Virus record (IMG/VR): IMGVR_UViG_3300012348_000136
Coordinates: 1-64,000 of that record
Source: a virus
Lineage: Duplodnaviria > Heunggongvirae > Uroviricota > Caudoviricetes
Length of the DNA: 64,000 nt
Direction: 5' to 3' (one strand)
Positions within the stretch are counted from its first letter, which is position 1. Each line of letters begins with the position of its first letter. Below, piece by piece: positions 9,027-16,871 of the stretch. The notes under the pieces are model-generated. The model ran no database searches. It saw only the letters and a list, made by a program, of their open reading frames with translations, and was not told where the DNA came from. The translations under genes and the position numbers were made by a program.

Positions 9027-9244
9027 TGTTACTATCAACCGAAGCAAGGCAAGTGTTTATAAATCGACGCACGTTAGAGCCTGAGTTTAGTAAAAAATTC
9101 GCTCTGATGATTAATCCTGATCAAATAGCGTTTATTAGATATCATGACGACTATGGAATGTATTTATGCTCGATAGGCGGAAATATCTTTTACTTAGATG
9201 TAGATTTTGTTGAAAATGAAATAGCAATCGTATCTGAATTATGA
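9026..9244 (+). CDS. hypothetical protein (72 aa)
   Basis: Track ORF. Confidence 0.4.
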   Translation: MLLSTEARQVFINRRTLEPEFSKKFALMINPDQIAFIRYHDDYGMYLCSIGGNIFYLDVDFVENEIAIVSEL

Positions 9245-9738
9245 TCACAGCAGCAATAAACCACAATAAGCAGTCTCTTGAAGTATTCAGAGACCAAACT
9301 ATGATCCTCTCGATCCCGCCTGAGTTATTTAAGTCATGGCAAGAAATGTATGGTGGAGATTACGGAGACACTTGGCTTGCGGACACCATCAGTAAAGAAT
9401 GTAACTTAAGCGAAACCGAGGCGGATGAGTTACTTCAGTGCATGAAAAATCCGCCTGAACAATTCAAGCCAAAAGATTTCATTACTCCGCTCATCGTTGA
9501 AACGCTTCCAACTGGATACATTCTCAACAGCAAGGATATTGTGCATCCGCAACGCAGTTACTATGATCCTGAAGGAGAATGTCATTTTCACATTTGGGCT
9601 GATAAGCGCTGCTATTACTGGGGAATTGAAATTGAAGCACGTTACACTGGTCTTGGTGAAGGTACTCCTAAGATTCGACGTTGTGAACATATCAGCCCAA
9701 AGGTGCATGCAATCTTTAAAGAACTTCCATTGTTATGA
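9241..9738 (+). CDS. hypothetical protein (165 aa)
   Basis: Track ORF. Confidence 0.45.
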   Translation: MITAAINHNKQSLEVFRDQTMILSIPPELFKSWQEMYGGDYGDTWLADTISKECNLSETEADELLQCMKNPPEQFKPKDFITPLIVETLPTGYILNSKDIVHPQRSYYDPEGECHFHIWADKRCYYWGIEIEARYTGLGEGTPKIRRCEHISPKVHAIFKELPLL

Positions 9739-9974
9739 ATGGCGAGTGTGAGAAATGCGGTGGGCGTATGACCATTGGACAAATCTTGTCAGGATCATAT
9801 GATGTATATGAAAGAGGTGGGATTATTCAGTTTGATCCGCCGCCTAGCAGCGGTAAACTTGAAGATTGTTTTAAGTGTGAAACATGTGGACATAGTGTAA
9901 CGTCAATTTACATCAAGCCTCCAATGCCTCTAAACTACATTAACGTTAAGATTGATCTAAATGAACTGCTTTGA
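9735..9974 (+). CDS. zinc-ribbon protein (79 aa)
   Basis: CEKCGG...CFKCETCGH. Confidence 0.45.
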   Translation: MNGECEKCGGRMTIGQILSGSYDVYERGGIIQFDPPPSSGKLEDCFKCETCGHSVTSIYIKPPMPLNYINVKIDLNELL

Positions 9975-10173
9975 TAAACACACCGATCTAAAAGGAAAAA
10001 GCAAAGATGAAATAATTCGCATCTTAGCTAAAGAACGAAATCGCTTTGCGCGTTCTCGACAGGAATGGATTGCTGCTGCATTTTTGCTAAACCGTGGAGA
10101 ACGTTCTGAATATGATCGTCTAGTCTCTGAAGAACTTTGTACTCACTGCATAAACCATTATGAGTTTCTTTAA
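9961..10173 (+). CDS. hypothetical protein (70 aa)
   Basis: Track ORF. Confidence 0.4.
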   Translation: MNCFDKHTDLKGKSKDEIIRILAKERNRFARSRQEWIAAAFLLNRGERSEYDRLVSEELCTHCINHYEFL

Positions 10174-10423
10174 CACAAAAGAAGACTGGGAAGAATTTCA
10201 ATCAGACATTGCAACCGAACTTGTAGATGATTATTTGACAGGTGGTGACGATGATTATCAATTTGTAGATCAGGTTTACCGTAACGGAGATGTGTATGTT
10301 AGTATATCATATGAAAGATGTCGATACCTTGGTACGTTAAGTTACAACTGGATGCATGCAATTCGTGTTTACCCAAAGCAAGTTATACGAACAATTTACG
10401 TAGAAGAAAATGAGCAGGATTAA
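10160..10423 (+). CDS. hypothetical acidic protein (87 aa)
   Basis: Track ORF. Confidence 0.4.
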   Translation: MSFFNTKEDWEEFQSDIATELVDDYLTGGDDDYQFVDQVYRNGDVYVSISYERCRYLGTLSYNWMHAIRVYPKQVIRTIYVEENEQD

Positions 10424-10940
10424 TCTATATGCAGGACCTGGAGCAGGTAAGAGTACAACAGCATCATGGCTATTTGCTGAACTAAAGAAACGTGGTTATA
10501 GCGTTGAACTTGTTAGTGAATATGTAAAGAGTTGGGCAATCGCCAAACGAGACGTGATCGGCTTTGACCAAGTGTACCTAATGGGAAAGCAACTCAATTA
10601 TGAATACCGCTTTCTTGCGCATGGCATACAACATATTGTGACAGACAGTCCAGTGTTGCTGTCTGCATGCTATACTCGATCTTACTTTGACGACCTTAAG
10701 ATTGCAGATCATATGGAAGCAATCATTGCTGAATATGAAGCACGTCATCCAAGCCTAAACATCTTTTTGAATCGTGATGGTAAAGAATACCGAACCGAAG
10801 GCCGTTGGCAAGACGCTGAAGCAGCAAAGAAGATTGACGGTATTGTGAAAGACGCTTTAAATCGCAACGGCTTGCCATACACTGAGTTTTCCTTCTATGA
10901 TAGTGAAGGTATCTTGAAACACGTGATTGAAAATATATGA
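10410..10940 (+). CDS. P-loop NTPase, putative (deoxy)nucleotide or nucleoside kinase
   Basis: Walker A GPGAGKSTTA; about 176 aa. The GK[SD]TTA pattern resembles my recollection of T4 gp1 dNMP kinase. Confidence 0.45.
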   Translation: MSRINLYAGPGAGKSTTASWLFAELKKRGYSVELVSEYVKSWAIAKRDVIGFDQVYLMGKQLNYEYRFLAHGIQHIVTDSPVLLSACYTRSYFDDLKIADHMEAIIAEYEARHPSLNIFLNRDGKEYRTEGRWQDAEAAKKIDGIVKDALNRNGLPYTEFSFYDSEGILKHVIENI

Positions 10941-11395
10941 ATGAAGAACTACTACATCATGATAGCGAAACATTGAAACACGTCAATGAAGTTCGCGCAA
11001 ACATTTGGACTCTAATTAAAGAACTCGATCACCGCGCCGCGGTTCACGATGCTTCTAAATTTGAGGAACCGGAACGCAGTGTCTTTGCGTCAAATACTCC
11101 AAAGCTAGCAAAGACGGAGTATGGAACTCCTGCATATGACGAACTGCTTAAGGAAGTGCAGCCAGCAATTCTGCATCACTACAGCAAGAACACTCACCAT
11201 CCTGAACATTGGCCAAACGGTGTAGACGGAATGGATCTTCTTGACGTCGTCGAAATGCTTGCGGACTGGGCGGCTGCTGTTAAGCGGAACAAGAACGGAA
11301 ACGTCCACAAGTCCATCCAGGTAAACCGTGAAAGGTTCGGACTCTCGGATCAGCTGGTTTCAATCCTTGAAAATACGGTCAATCGGTATTTTTGA
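10937..11395 (+). CDS. HD-domain phosphohydrolase-like protein
   Basis: His/Asp motifs (VHDASK; HHYSKNTHHPEHW). Confidence 0.45.
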   Translation: MNEELLHHDSETLKHVNEVRANIWTLIKELDHRAAVHDASKFEEPERSVFASNTPKLAKTEYGTPAYDELLKEVQPAILHHYSKNTHHPEHWPNGVDGMDLLDVVEMLADWAAAVKRNKNGNVHKSIQVNRERFGLSDQLVSILENTVNRYF

Positions 11396-11457
11396 TCCGT
11401 AACTTATTGAAAATCAATCGTTTTGTGAAAAAACGTGAAAATTTATGAAAAAAGTTA

Positions 11458-11486
11458 TTTACATGTGGTCGGTTTCCGTTTATAAT
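11458..11486 (+). promoter_or_regulatory. sigma70-like early promoter in a repeated cassette
   Basis: TTTACA-N17-TATAAT plus the conserved leader gtaaggaaaccaccaca. Confidence 0.6.
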
Positions 11487-11516
11487 GATCTTGTAAGGAA
11501 ACCACCACAATAAATC

Positions 11517-11699
11517 ATGGATAAAAACTCAGAAAACTTTTTCAAAGAATTGGCTGTTTTATTGGAAAAATACGAAGCTAATGTGTGGGTAAGCGGAGAT
11601 GGTGAGGTTGAATTTTGCGTCGGTGAGAAAGTCATTGACCGTGAATTCTTCTCATTTGGAGCTATGGAAATCCGCGAATTCCTTGAAGAGAATCAGTAA
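11517..11699 (+). CDS. hypothetical protein (60 aa)
   Basis: Track ORF after the cassette. Confidence 0.45.
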   Translation: MDKNSENFFKELAVLLEKYEANVWVSGDGEVEFCVGEKVIDREFFSFGAMEIREFLEENQ

Positions 11700-11707
11700 T
11701 TTTTCAT

Positions 11708-11905
11708 ATGACCATTCACGATCGTATAAGTGCTCTTGCGCAGGAAATTGATCAACTTCGTTGTCTCGCTGCGCAACCCAACATGTCACTTGAAACCGAA
11801 ATCATTTTTAAGAACGGAAAATCGCTTCATAAGCTTACAAAAATCGAGGCGAATTATTCAGTGAACACCGACACTGTAACTTTAGATTTTACCGCAGCCT
11901 ATTAA
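11708..11905 (+). CDS. hypothetical protein (65 aa)
   Basis: Track ORF. Confidence 0.4.
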   Translation: MTIHDRISALAQEIDQLRCLAAQPNMSLETEIIFKNGKSLHKLTKIEANYSVNTDTVTLDFTAAY

Positions 11906-11915
11906 CCTAAAGAGT

Positions 11916-12110
11916 ATGAATGCTAAAACATTTTACCCTGATAGAGGATACTTCAACAGCGGTCGAGGCGAACCTTTCAATAAGCCGATGTCAGCTCAGC
12001 GAAAAAGAATCATTCGCCGCTATAAGAAACGCTATCGGAGAATCATTGACAGACACGCTGACTATTCTCCATTTGAAGACACTCAAGAGTATCACGAATC
12101 CTTTGCATGA
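11916..12110 (+). CDS. small basic protein (64 aa)
   Basis: Track ORF; Arg/Lys-rich. Confidence 0.4.
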   Translation: MNAKTFYPDRGYFNSGRGEPFNKPMSAQRKRIIRRYKKRYRRIIDRHADYSPFEDTQEYHESFA

Positions 12111-12289
12111 AAAATCTCATTCTGACCACACTTGCCTGCGCCGTTCACATCGGCATTCATCAAGTCACCCATCACTACAGTCTGATCAGCGTAGAGTCAA
12201 ATCGTAACCTGCTTTTCCTTGCGCTCTTTGCAACCTTTGCTTTCGGAATCACCGCTGACATTAAACATCATGTACACTCTAAGGGATAA
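12107..12289 (+). CDS. small membrane protein (60 aa)
   Basis: Track ORF with two hydrophobic segments. Confidence 0.35.
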   Translation: MKNLILTTLACAVHIGIHQVTHHYSLISVESNRNLLFLALFATFAFGITADIKHHVHSKG

Positions 12290-12470
12290 AATCCACGATC
12301 TAGAAACCGAACTCTTGCAGCTGCAACTTCTTACTCTCAATGACGGTATCACGATTGACACTCCATTGTGTAATGAAGATTACATTCCTCTTGAGCGTGA
12401 AGATGATCCGATTTACACATGTTCAAAACAATGGGACGGCCAACGTGTCGTAATTCTCAAAAAACGCTAA
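12270..12470 (+). CDS. hypothetical protein
   Basis: Track ORF 12219..12470 trimmed to an internal ATG. Confidence 0.35.
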   Translation: MYTLRDKIHDLETELLQLQLLTLNDGITIDTPLCNEDYIPLEREDDPIYTCSKQWDGQRVVILKKR

Positions 12471-12480
12471 TCTCTACACT

Positions 12481-12750
12481 ATGAATAAAACTAACCTTAC
12501 ACTATTGACAACGTCAGTAATTTTGTCAGCGTCAGCCATCCTTGTATCGTCATGCAACGATCGGGAGTTGGACGAAGAGCACAAAGAGAAAATTGCTGCA
12601 CCACGTTTTCAAGTGGTTGAGCATGTCAAATTTGACGACCTGCGGCGTGACGGTCGAATTATGCTAGACAAAGAAACTGGAATTAAGTATCTTTATGTCC
12701 CTACGCAACATAATGATGGTCCTATCTTTACGCGACTTTGGGAAAAGTAA
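12481..12750 (+). CDS. putative lipoprotein (89 aa)
   Basis: Signal peptide plus lipobox-like ILVSSC. Confidence 0.45.
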   Translation: MNKTNLTLLTTSVILSASAILVSSCNDRELDEEHKEKIAAPRFQVVEHVKFDDLRRDGRIMLDKETGIKYLYVPTQHNDGPIFTRLWEK

Positions 12751-12774
12751 ACTTTAACATAATCACATATTTCT

Positions 12775-13725
12775 ATGAATAAACAACGCCTACATCTAAA
12801 TTGGGTCACGTCGACTCATCAAACCTACTTCGTTTCTTTGGACGGAGATTACTGTCCAATTGCGAAAACCGAAAATCTACTTCGTATTCCTTTGAAAGAG
12901 AATACATTCCCAGGCGGAGAAGTTCACCTTCGTCTTGACATCAATGAAGATCAAGTAGCTGACAACGCGCATCTTATTATTGCTGCGCGATACAACACCG
13001 CCGCCGACATCCTTAAGATTGTTCTTGCAGCTGATGCTGCACGCCGTCTTGGATTTTCTAAGACCACGCTTATTCTTCCATACTTCCCCGCGGCGCGTCA
13101 AGATCGTGTCTGTAATGTTGGCGAGCCTCTTACCGTCAAGATCTTTGCTGATATGATTAACGGATGCGGCTTTCATGCGGTTCATATTCTCAGCCCGCAC
13201 AGCGAAGTCACTCCGGCATTGCTGAATAATGTCGTGGTTCATGACGAATGCGGTTTGGTTGAGCGTGCACTGTGTAGGTGGATTACACAAACAAATTTGA
13301 CGACCATCAATATCGTTTGTCCCGATGCTGGCGCAGGCAAGCGTGTTGGTAAGGTTGCATCTTACCTTGCAAAGCGCTTTCCGCAAAACGGTGTCAATCT
13401 TATCCGTTGTGAAAAAGTCCGCGATGTGCGCGACGGCTCGCTTAAGGAGTTCTTTGTCCAAGCCGATGATCTTGGCGGATATCCAACGCTTATCATCGAT
13501 GACATTGTTGCATATGGTGGTACTTTCCTTGGTCTTGCTGACAAGTTGCGTGAACGTAACTGTGGTGAGCTTGGTATCTTCATCTCGCATGCTGACTGTG
13601 AAGAAGGCTTGATGAACCTGCGCCAAAAATTCAATTATGTTGTCACAACTGACTCTAAACGCGATTATGCGGGTTTCGCTTTGGATAATGACAAAACCGT
13701 TGATATCCTACCTTTTAAAATCTAA
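12775..13725 (+). CDS. PRPP-synthetase-family pyrophosphokinase (Prs-like)
   Basis: PRPP-binding loop LIIDDIVAYGGTF; about 316 aa; divergent N-terminus. Confidence 0.6.
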   Translation: MNKQRLHLNWVTSTHQTYFVSLDGDYCPIAKTENLLRIPLKENTFPGGEVHLRLDINEDQVADNAHLIIAARYNTAADILKIVLAADAARRLGFSKTTLILPYFPAARQDRVCNVGEPLTVKIFADMINGCGFHAVHILSPHSEVTPALLNNVVVHDECGLVERALCRWITQTNLTTINIVCPDAGAGKRVGKVASYLAKRFPQNGVNLIRCEKVRDVRDGSLKEFFVQADDLGGYPTLIIDDIVAYGGTFLGLADKLRERNCGELGIFISHADCEEGLMNLRQKFNYVVTTDSKRDYAGFALDNDKTVDILPFKI

Positions 13726-13727
13726 GT

Positions 13728-13937
13728 ATGAAAACGATTGAAAGCTACACAATCTTTGAAGCATATAATGATATTCAGGGCTTGTCACTAAGTGTTGACG
13801 AATATACCAAGATGGGTTGGCAACCATACGGAAGTCTTCAAGTAACGCCAGGTAGCTCTGCTGGCTCAGTACGATACACACAAGCAATGGTCAAGTATGC
13901 ACATGAATCTAACCTTCTAACTGAAACCACACGATGA
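13728..13937 (+). CDS. hypothetical protein (69 aa)
   Basis: Track ORF. Confidence 0.4.
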   Translation: MKTIESYTIFEAYNDIQGLSLSVDEYTKMGWQPYGSLQVTPGSSAGSVRYTQAMVKYAHESNLLTETTR

Positions 13938-14221
13938 AACTACTACTATTCACTGGAATTGGGCTAGCGTCGCTAGCTGCGGTCTATTGCATCTTCTTCA
14001 CATCGGTTGTTGATAAGATTATGCTTAAGATTGCACGCCACCGCGTTTCTGCGGTGGTAGCCAATCTCTCTACAATTAAAGAAGAAGCTGAGCGTCGTCA
14101 ACGACAGCTTTCAGATATGAAAAACGCTTTAGAGGAAGATGTAAAGACTGCGAAAAAAATCGCAGCTTCCGTCCCTCTACTAAACAAGAAAACGAAAAAC
14201 AAAGATACACATGAAAATTAA
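13934..14221 (+). CDS. small membrane protein with coiled coil (95 aa)
   Basis: N-terminal transmembrane segment; precedes the SPFH protein, resembling an NfeD-type partner. Confidence 0.4.
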   Translation: MKLLLFTGIGLASLAAVYCIFFTSVVDKIMLKIARHRVSAVVANLSTIKEEAERRQRQLSDMKNALEEDVKTAKKIAASVPLLNKKTKNKDTHEN

Positions 14222-15506
14222 GCTAATCCTAGCGGCGGTTGTAGTTTCGCTAATCTGTATGGTTGGTGTAAACTTGGTGCATAAAGTTGATGATACTGAA
14301 TGGCAAGCTGTTCAATATTTAAGCGGTGAAGTTGAAATTAAGGAAGACCCTGGAGTCTACTTTGCCTTCTTCCCAAAGGTAACAGAGTATGACCGAAATA
14401 TGTATTTCGAGTTCTCTAAGTTGCCGTCTCCAATGTCGCCAAACGATGAATCAACGCGTGTGACATTCAATGACGGCGGTACCGCTGATCTTGACGCCAC
14501 AATTCGTATTGCTTCACCGGCCACAAAGGAAAAGAAGCGAGAGTTTCACCGACAGTTTAATGGCTCGTCTGTAAACATCAAAGCTGCAATTTGGTCTCAC
14601 ATGGCAAACGTAATTAAGGCATCTGGTCCTCTTATGTCTGCATCTGAAAACCAAGCTGCACGTAAGTCAGAGTTCAACACTGTTGTTCTTAATCAGCTAA
14701 ATGATGGACTATATGAAATGCGTCGCGTTGAGCGTGAGATTGAACAGCTAGATGAAAAAGGCCAGAAGCTCCGCGTTGCAGCAACCGAAGTCATTCTTGC
14801 CAAGGATGGTAAACCAGTCATCTCTCAGGTATCTCCACTTGCGACATATGGCGTAACTGTAACGCAGTTCTCAATCACCGCAACGGAGTATGACGAACAG
14901 ACCAAAAAGCAATTCAGCACCAAGAAGGATGCATTCCTTGCAGCCGAATCTGCAAAGGCGCAGCGTGAAGGTGAAGTCCAACAGCGTCTGATGGTTATTG
15001 AGAAGGGCTTGCGTGAAAAGGCTGAAACCGAAGCAAAGTCCAACCTTGAGAAAGCACAAGCAGTGATTACCGCAATGAAAGAAAAGGAAGTTGCGGAAAC
15101 TCAAATTGCAAAAGAACTTGCGGTTGCAGAGACACAGAAGAAAATTGCTGAAACCGCTGCACAGCAAGCACTTGAAGTTGCAAAGCTAGAAAAGCAAGCA
15201 GCTGAAGAACAAGCGCAAAAGATTCGTATCCTTGCGGAAGCAGAAAAGGATAAGATTGCGCAAGCAGGTGCAATCACTGAAAAGGATCGCGTGACGCTTG
15301 AGGTTCAGCGTGAAACCGCGATTGGCGTTGCAACTGCACTTGCTAAGGTTAATGTTCCTCAGGTTGTTATCAGCGGAAAGGATGCCTCGGGTAACGGCGG
15401 CGGTTCCGCTACACAGTCTGAGCTGATCAACCTAATGCTCCTGAAGCAAAACGGATACCTTGATGCCATGAAGACTCCGTCGATTGGCACCCAAACCGTG
15501 AAATGA
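14211..15506 (+). CDS. SPFH/band-7 (stomatin, HflK/C-like) membrane protein
   Basis: N-terminal transmembrane segment, SPFH core, then a long Ala/Glu/Lys-rich coiled coil (EAEKDKIAQA). Confidence 0.6.
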   Translation: MKIKLILAAVVVSLICMVGVNLVHKVDDTEWQAVQYLSGEVEIKEDPGVYFAFFPKVTEYDRNMYFEFSKLPSPMSPNDESTRVTFNDGGTADLDATIRIASPATKEKKREFHRQFNGSSVNIKAAIWSHMANVIKASGPLMSASENQAARKSEFNTVVLNQLNDGLYEMRRVEREIEQLDEKGQKLRVAATEVILAKDGKPVISQVSPLATYGVTVTQFSITATEYDEQTKKQFSTKKDAFLAAESAKAQREGEVQQRLMVIEKGLREKAETEAKSNLEKAQAVITAMKEKEVAETQIAKELAVAETQKKIAETAAQQALEVAKLEKQAAEEQAQKIRILAEAEKDKIAQAGAITEKDRVTLEVQRETAIGVATALAKVNVPQVVISGKDASGNGGGSATQSELINLMLLKQNGYLDAMKTPSIGTQTVK

Positions 15507-15521
15507 TCGGCTAAAATGTAT

Positions 15522-15557
15522 GAGGTGGGGCGGCTACGGTCTCCCCACCTCTTTTTT
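15522..15557 (+). terminator. rho-independent terminator
   Basis: GAGGTGGGG/CCCCACCTC stem followed by TTTTTT. Confidence 0.7.
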
Positions 15558-15591
15558 GTGAAAAAAATATGAAAATTTGTGAATTTTTTTA

Positions 15592-15620
15592 TTTACAAGC
15601 TGACATTTTCCGTTTATAAT
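15592..15620 (+). promoter_or_regulatory. sigma70-like early promoter in a repeated cassette
   Basis: TTTACA-N17-TATAAT plus the conserved leader. Confidence 0.6.
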
Positions 15621-15645
15621 GATTCTGTAAGGAAACCACCACATT

Positions 15646-16104
15646 ATGAAATTCAAACTTTGGGACAACAAAAATCGCGAGTACATCAACAACCGTCACG
15701 CCGCAATTGACTGCGAAGGTTTTCTGTTTGACGTAAGCAACGATGATCCGATCGAGGCTGAAGTTCTTTATTCGACAGGAGTGACCGACTGTGACGGAAC
15801 CGAACTGTATGTCGGTGATGTGGTTGAAGCAATGAGATCTTCTGCTCGAGTTATGAATGGCGAATTGTTCATGGTCATTTTTAATGAAAAGCTGCGTTGC
15901 TTTGGACTAGTGCGAATTGACGGTCGGTCTGTCGAAAATTACATGGACCTTTTTGCAAGTGACGGCCGCAAAATCCCAGCGCTTAGCCGAGTGATGCCAA
16001 GCGTCGCCGTTCAAGTCACCACCTCAAAGAAGAAGGCTTTCCGCAAGAAAGGTGACATCAGCACTAACATGACTGCACAAATTCTTTTCTGCGGAGAAAA
16101 ATAA
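15646..16104 (+). CDS. YopX-like phage protein, paralogue
   Basis: N-terminus MKFKLWDNKNREY. Confidence 0.5.
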   Translation: MKFKLWDNKNREYINNRHAAIDCEGFLFDVSNDDPIEAEVLYSTGVTDCDGTELYVGDVVEAMRSSARVMNGELFMVIFNEKLRCFGLVRIDGRSVENYMDLFASDGRKIPALSRVMPSVAVQVTTSKKKAFRKKGDISTNMTAQILFCGEK

Positions 16105-16107
16105 TTG

Positions 16108-16136
16108 TTTACATCCGTTCGTTTTCCGTTTATAAT
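16108..16136 (+). promoter_or_regulatory. sigma70-like promoter
   Basis: TTTACA-N17-TATAAT. Confidence 0.55.
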
Positions 16137-16154
16137 CTAACCGACACAAACAAT

Positions 16155-16430
16155 ATGAAACTATCAACCTACGCTCTTTCTGTTCTAACCCTTGCGTTCT
16201 TTGCGACGTCTTGCACTGAAAACAAACGCGCCAAATCATATGGCGGAACACAGACGATCAATCTTCCAGCAAAGACAAAGCTTGTCAATGTTACTTGGAA
16301 GGAAGGCTCTAGCATGTGGATTCTGACACGCCCAATGCGTGAAGATGAAACCCCGGAAACTCTTACCTTCACTGAAAAGTCCGGTTTTGGACTCGTGGAA
16401 GGCAAGGTCATTATCAATGAATCCAAGTAA
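16155..16430 (+). CDS. putative secreted protein or lipoprotein (91 aa)
   Basis: Signal peptide; Cys in ..FFATSC.. Confidence 0.45.
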   Translation: MKLSTYALSVLTLAFFATSCTENKRAKSYGGTQTINLPAKTKLVNVTWKEGSSMWILTRPMREDETPETLTFTEKSGFGLVEGKVIINESK

Positions 16431-16455
16431 ACTAACACTCTCAATACACAACATT

Positions 16456-16851
16456 ATGCAAACATACAGTGAAACGCAAGGCAAAGAATCGTTCGATTGG
16501 AATGAATTTCTCAATCGCGAAAACATTTCTGAGGATGCCGCCGAAGACGCGCGTCTTCGTGCGAAAGATTGGGTCACGTGCGCATGCGGCAATCAATGCT
16601 CAGTCATCCCTCGTGACGGTGAGGGTCAGCCAGACGACTACATTCTGAGAACTTTAAGCGCTGAAGTCGGATTTTATGGCGCTATCAGAAAACAAAACTG
16701 GGAGGAAGCGAAAAATTTCCTGGCGCTAATTGAAATTCGCTCTGCATACTTGATCCGAAAGGAAACTGAAAAAGTCAAAGAAAACTTCATTGACGCTTTA
16801 AAGCAACTTGAGGTGCTTGGTATCAAACCGTCCGATCTCATCAATCAATAA
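16456..16851 (+). CDS. hypothetical protein
   Basis: Track ORF 16339..16851 trimmed to the first ATG after the upstream stop. Confidence 0.4.
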   Translation: MQTYSETQGKESFDWNEFLNRENISEDAAEDARLRAKDWVTCACGNQCSVIPRDGEGQPDDYILRTLSAEVGFYGAIRKQNWEEAKNFLALIEIRSAYLIRKETEKVKENFIDALKQLEVLGIKPSDLINQ

Positions 16852-16871
16852 CATCACATACACCAACAAAT

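Noticed and set aside
12877-13634. Minus-strand ORFs of 249 and 90 aa.
   Set aside because: They are antisense to the Prs-like gene and their composition mirrors the sense strand. Judged spurious.
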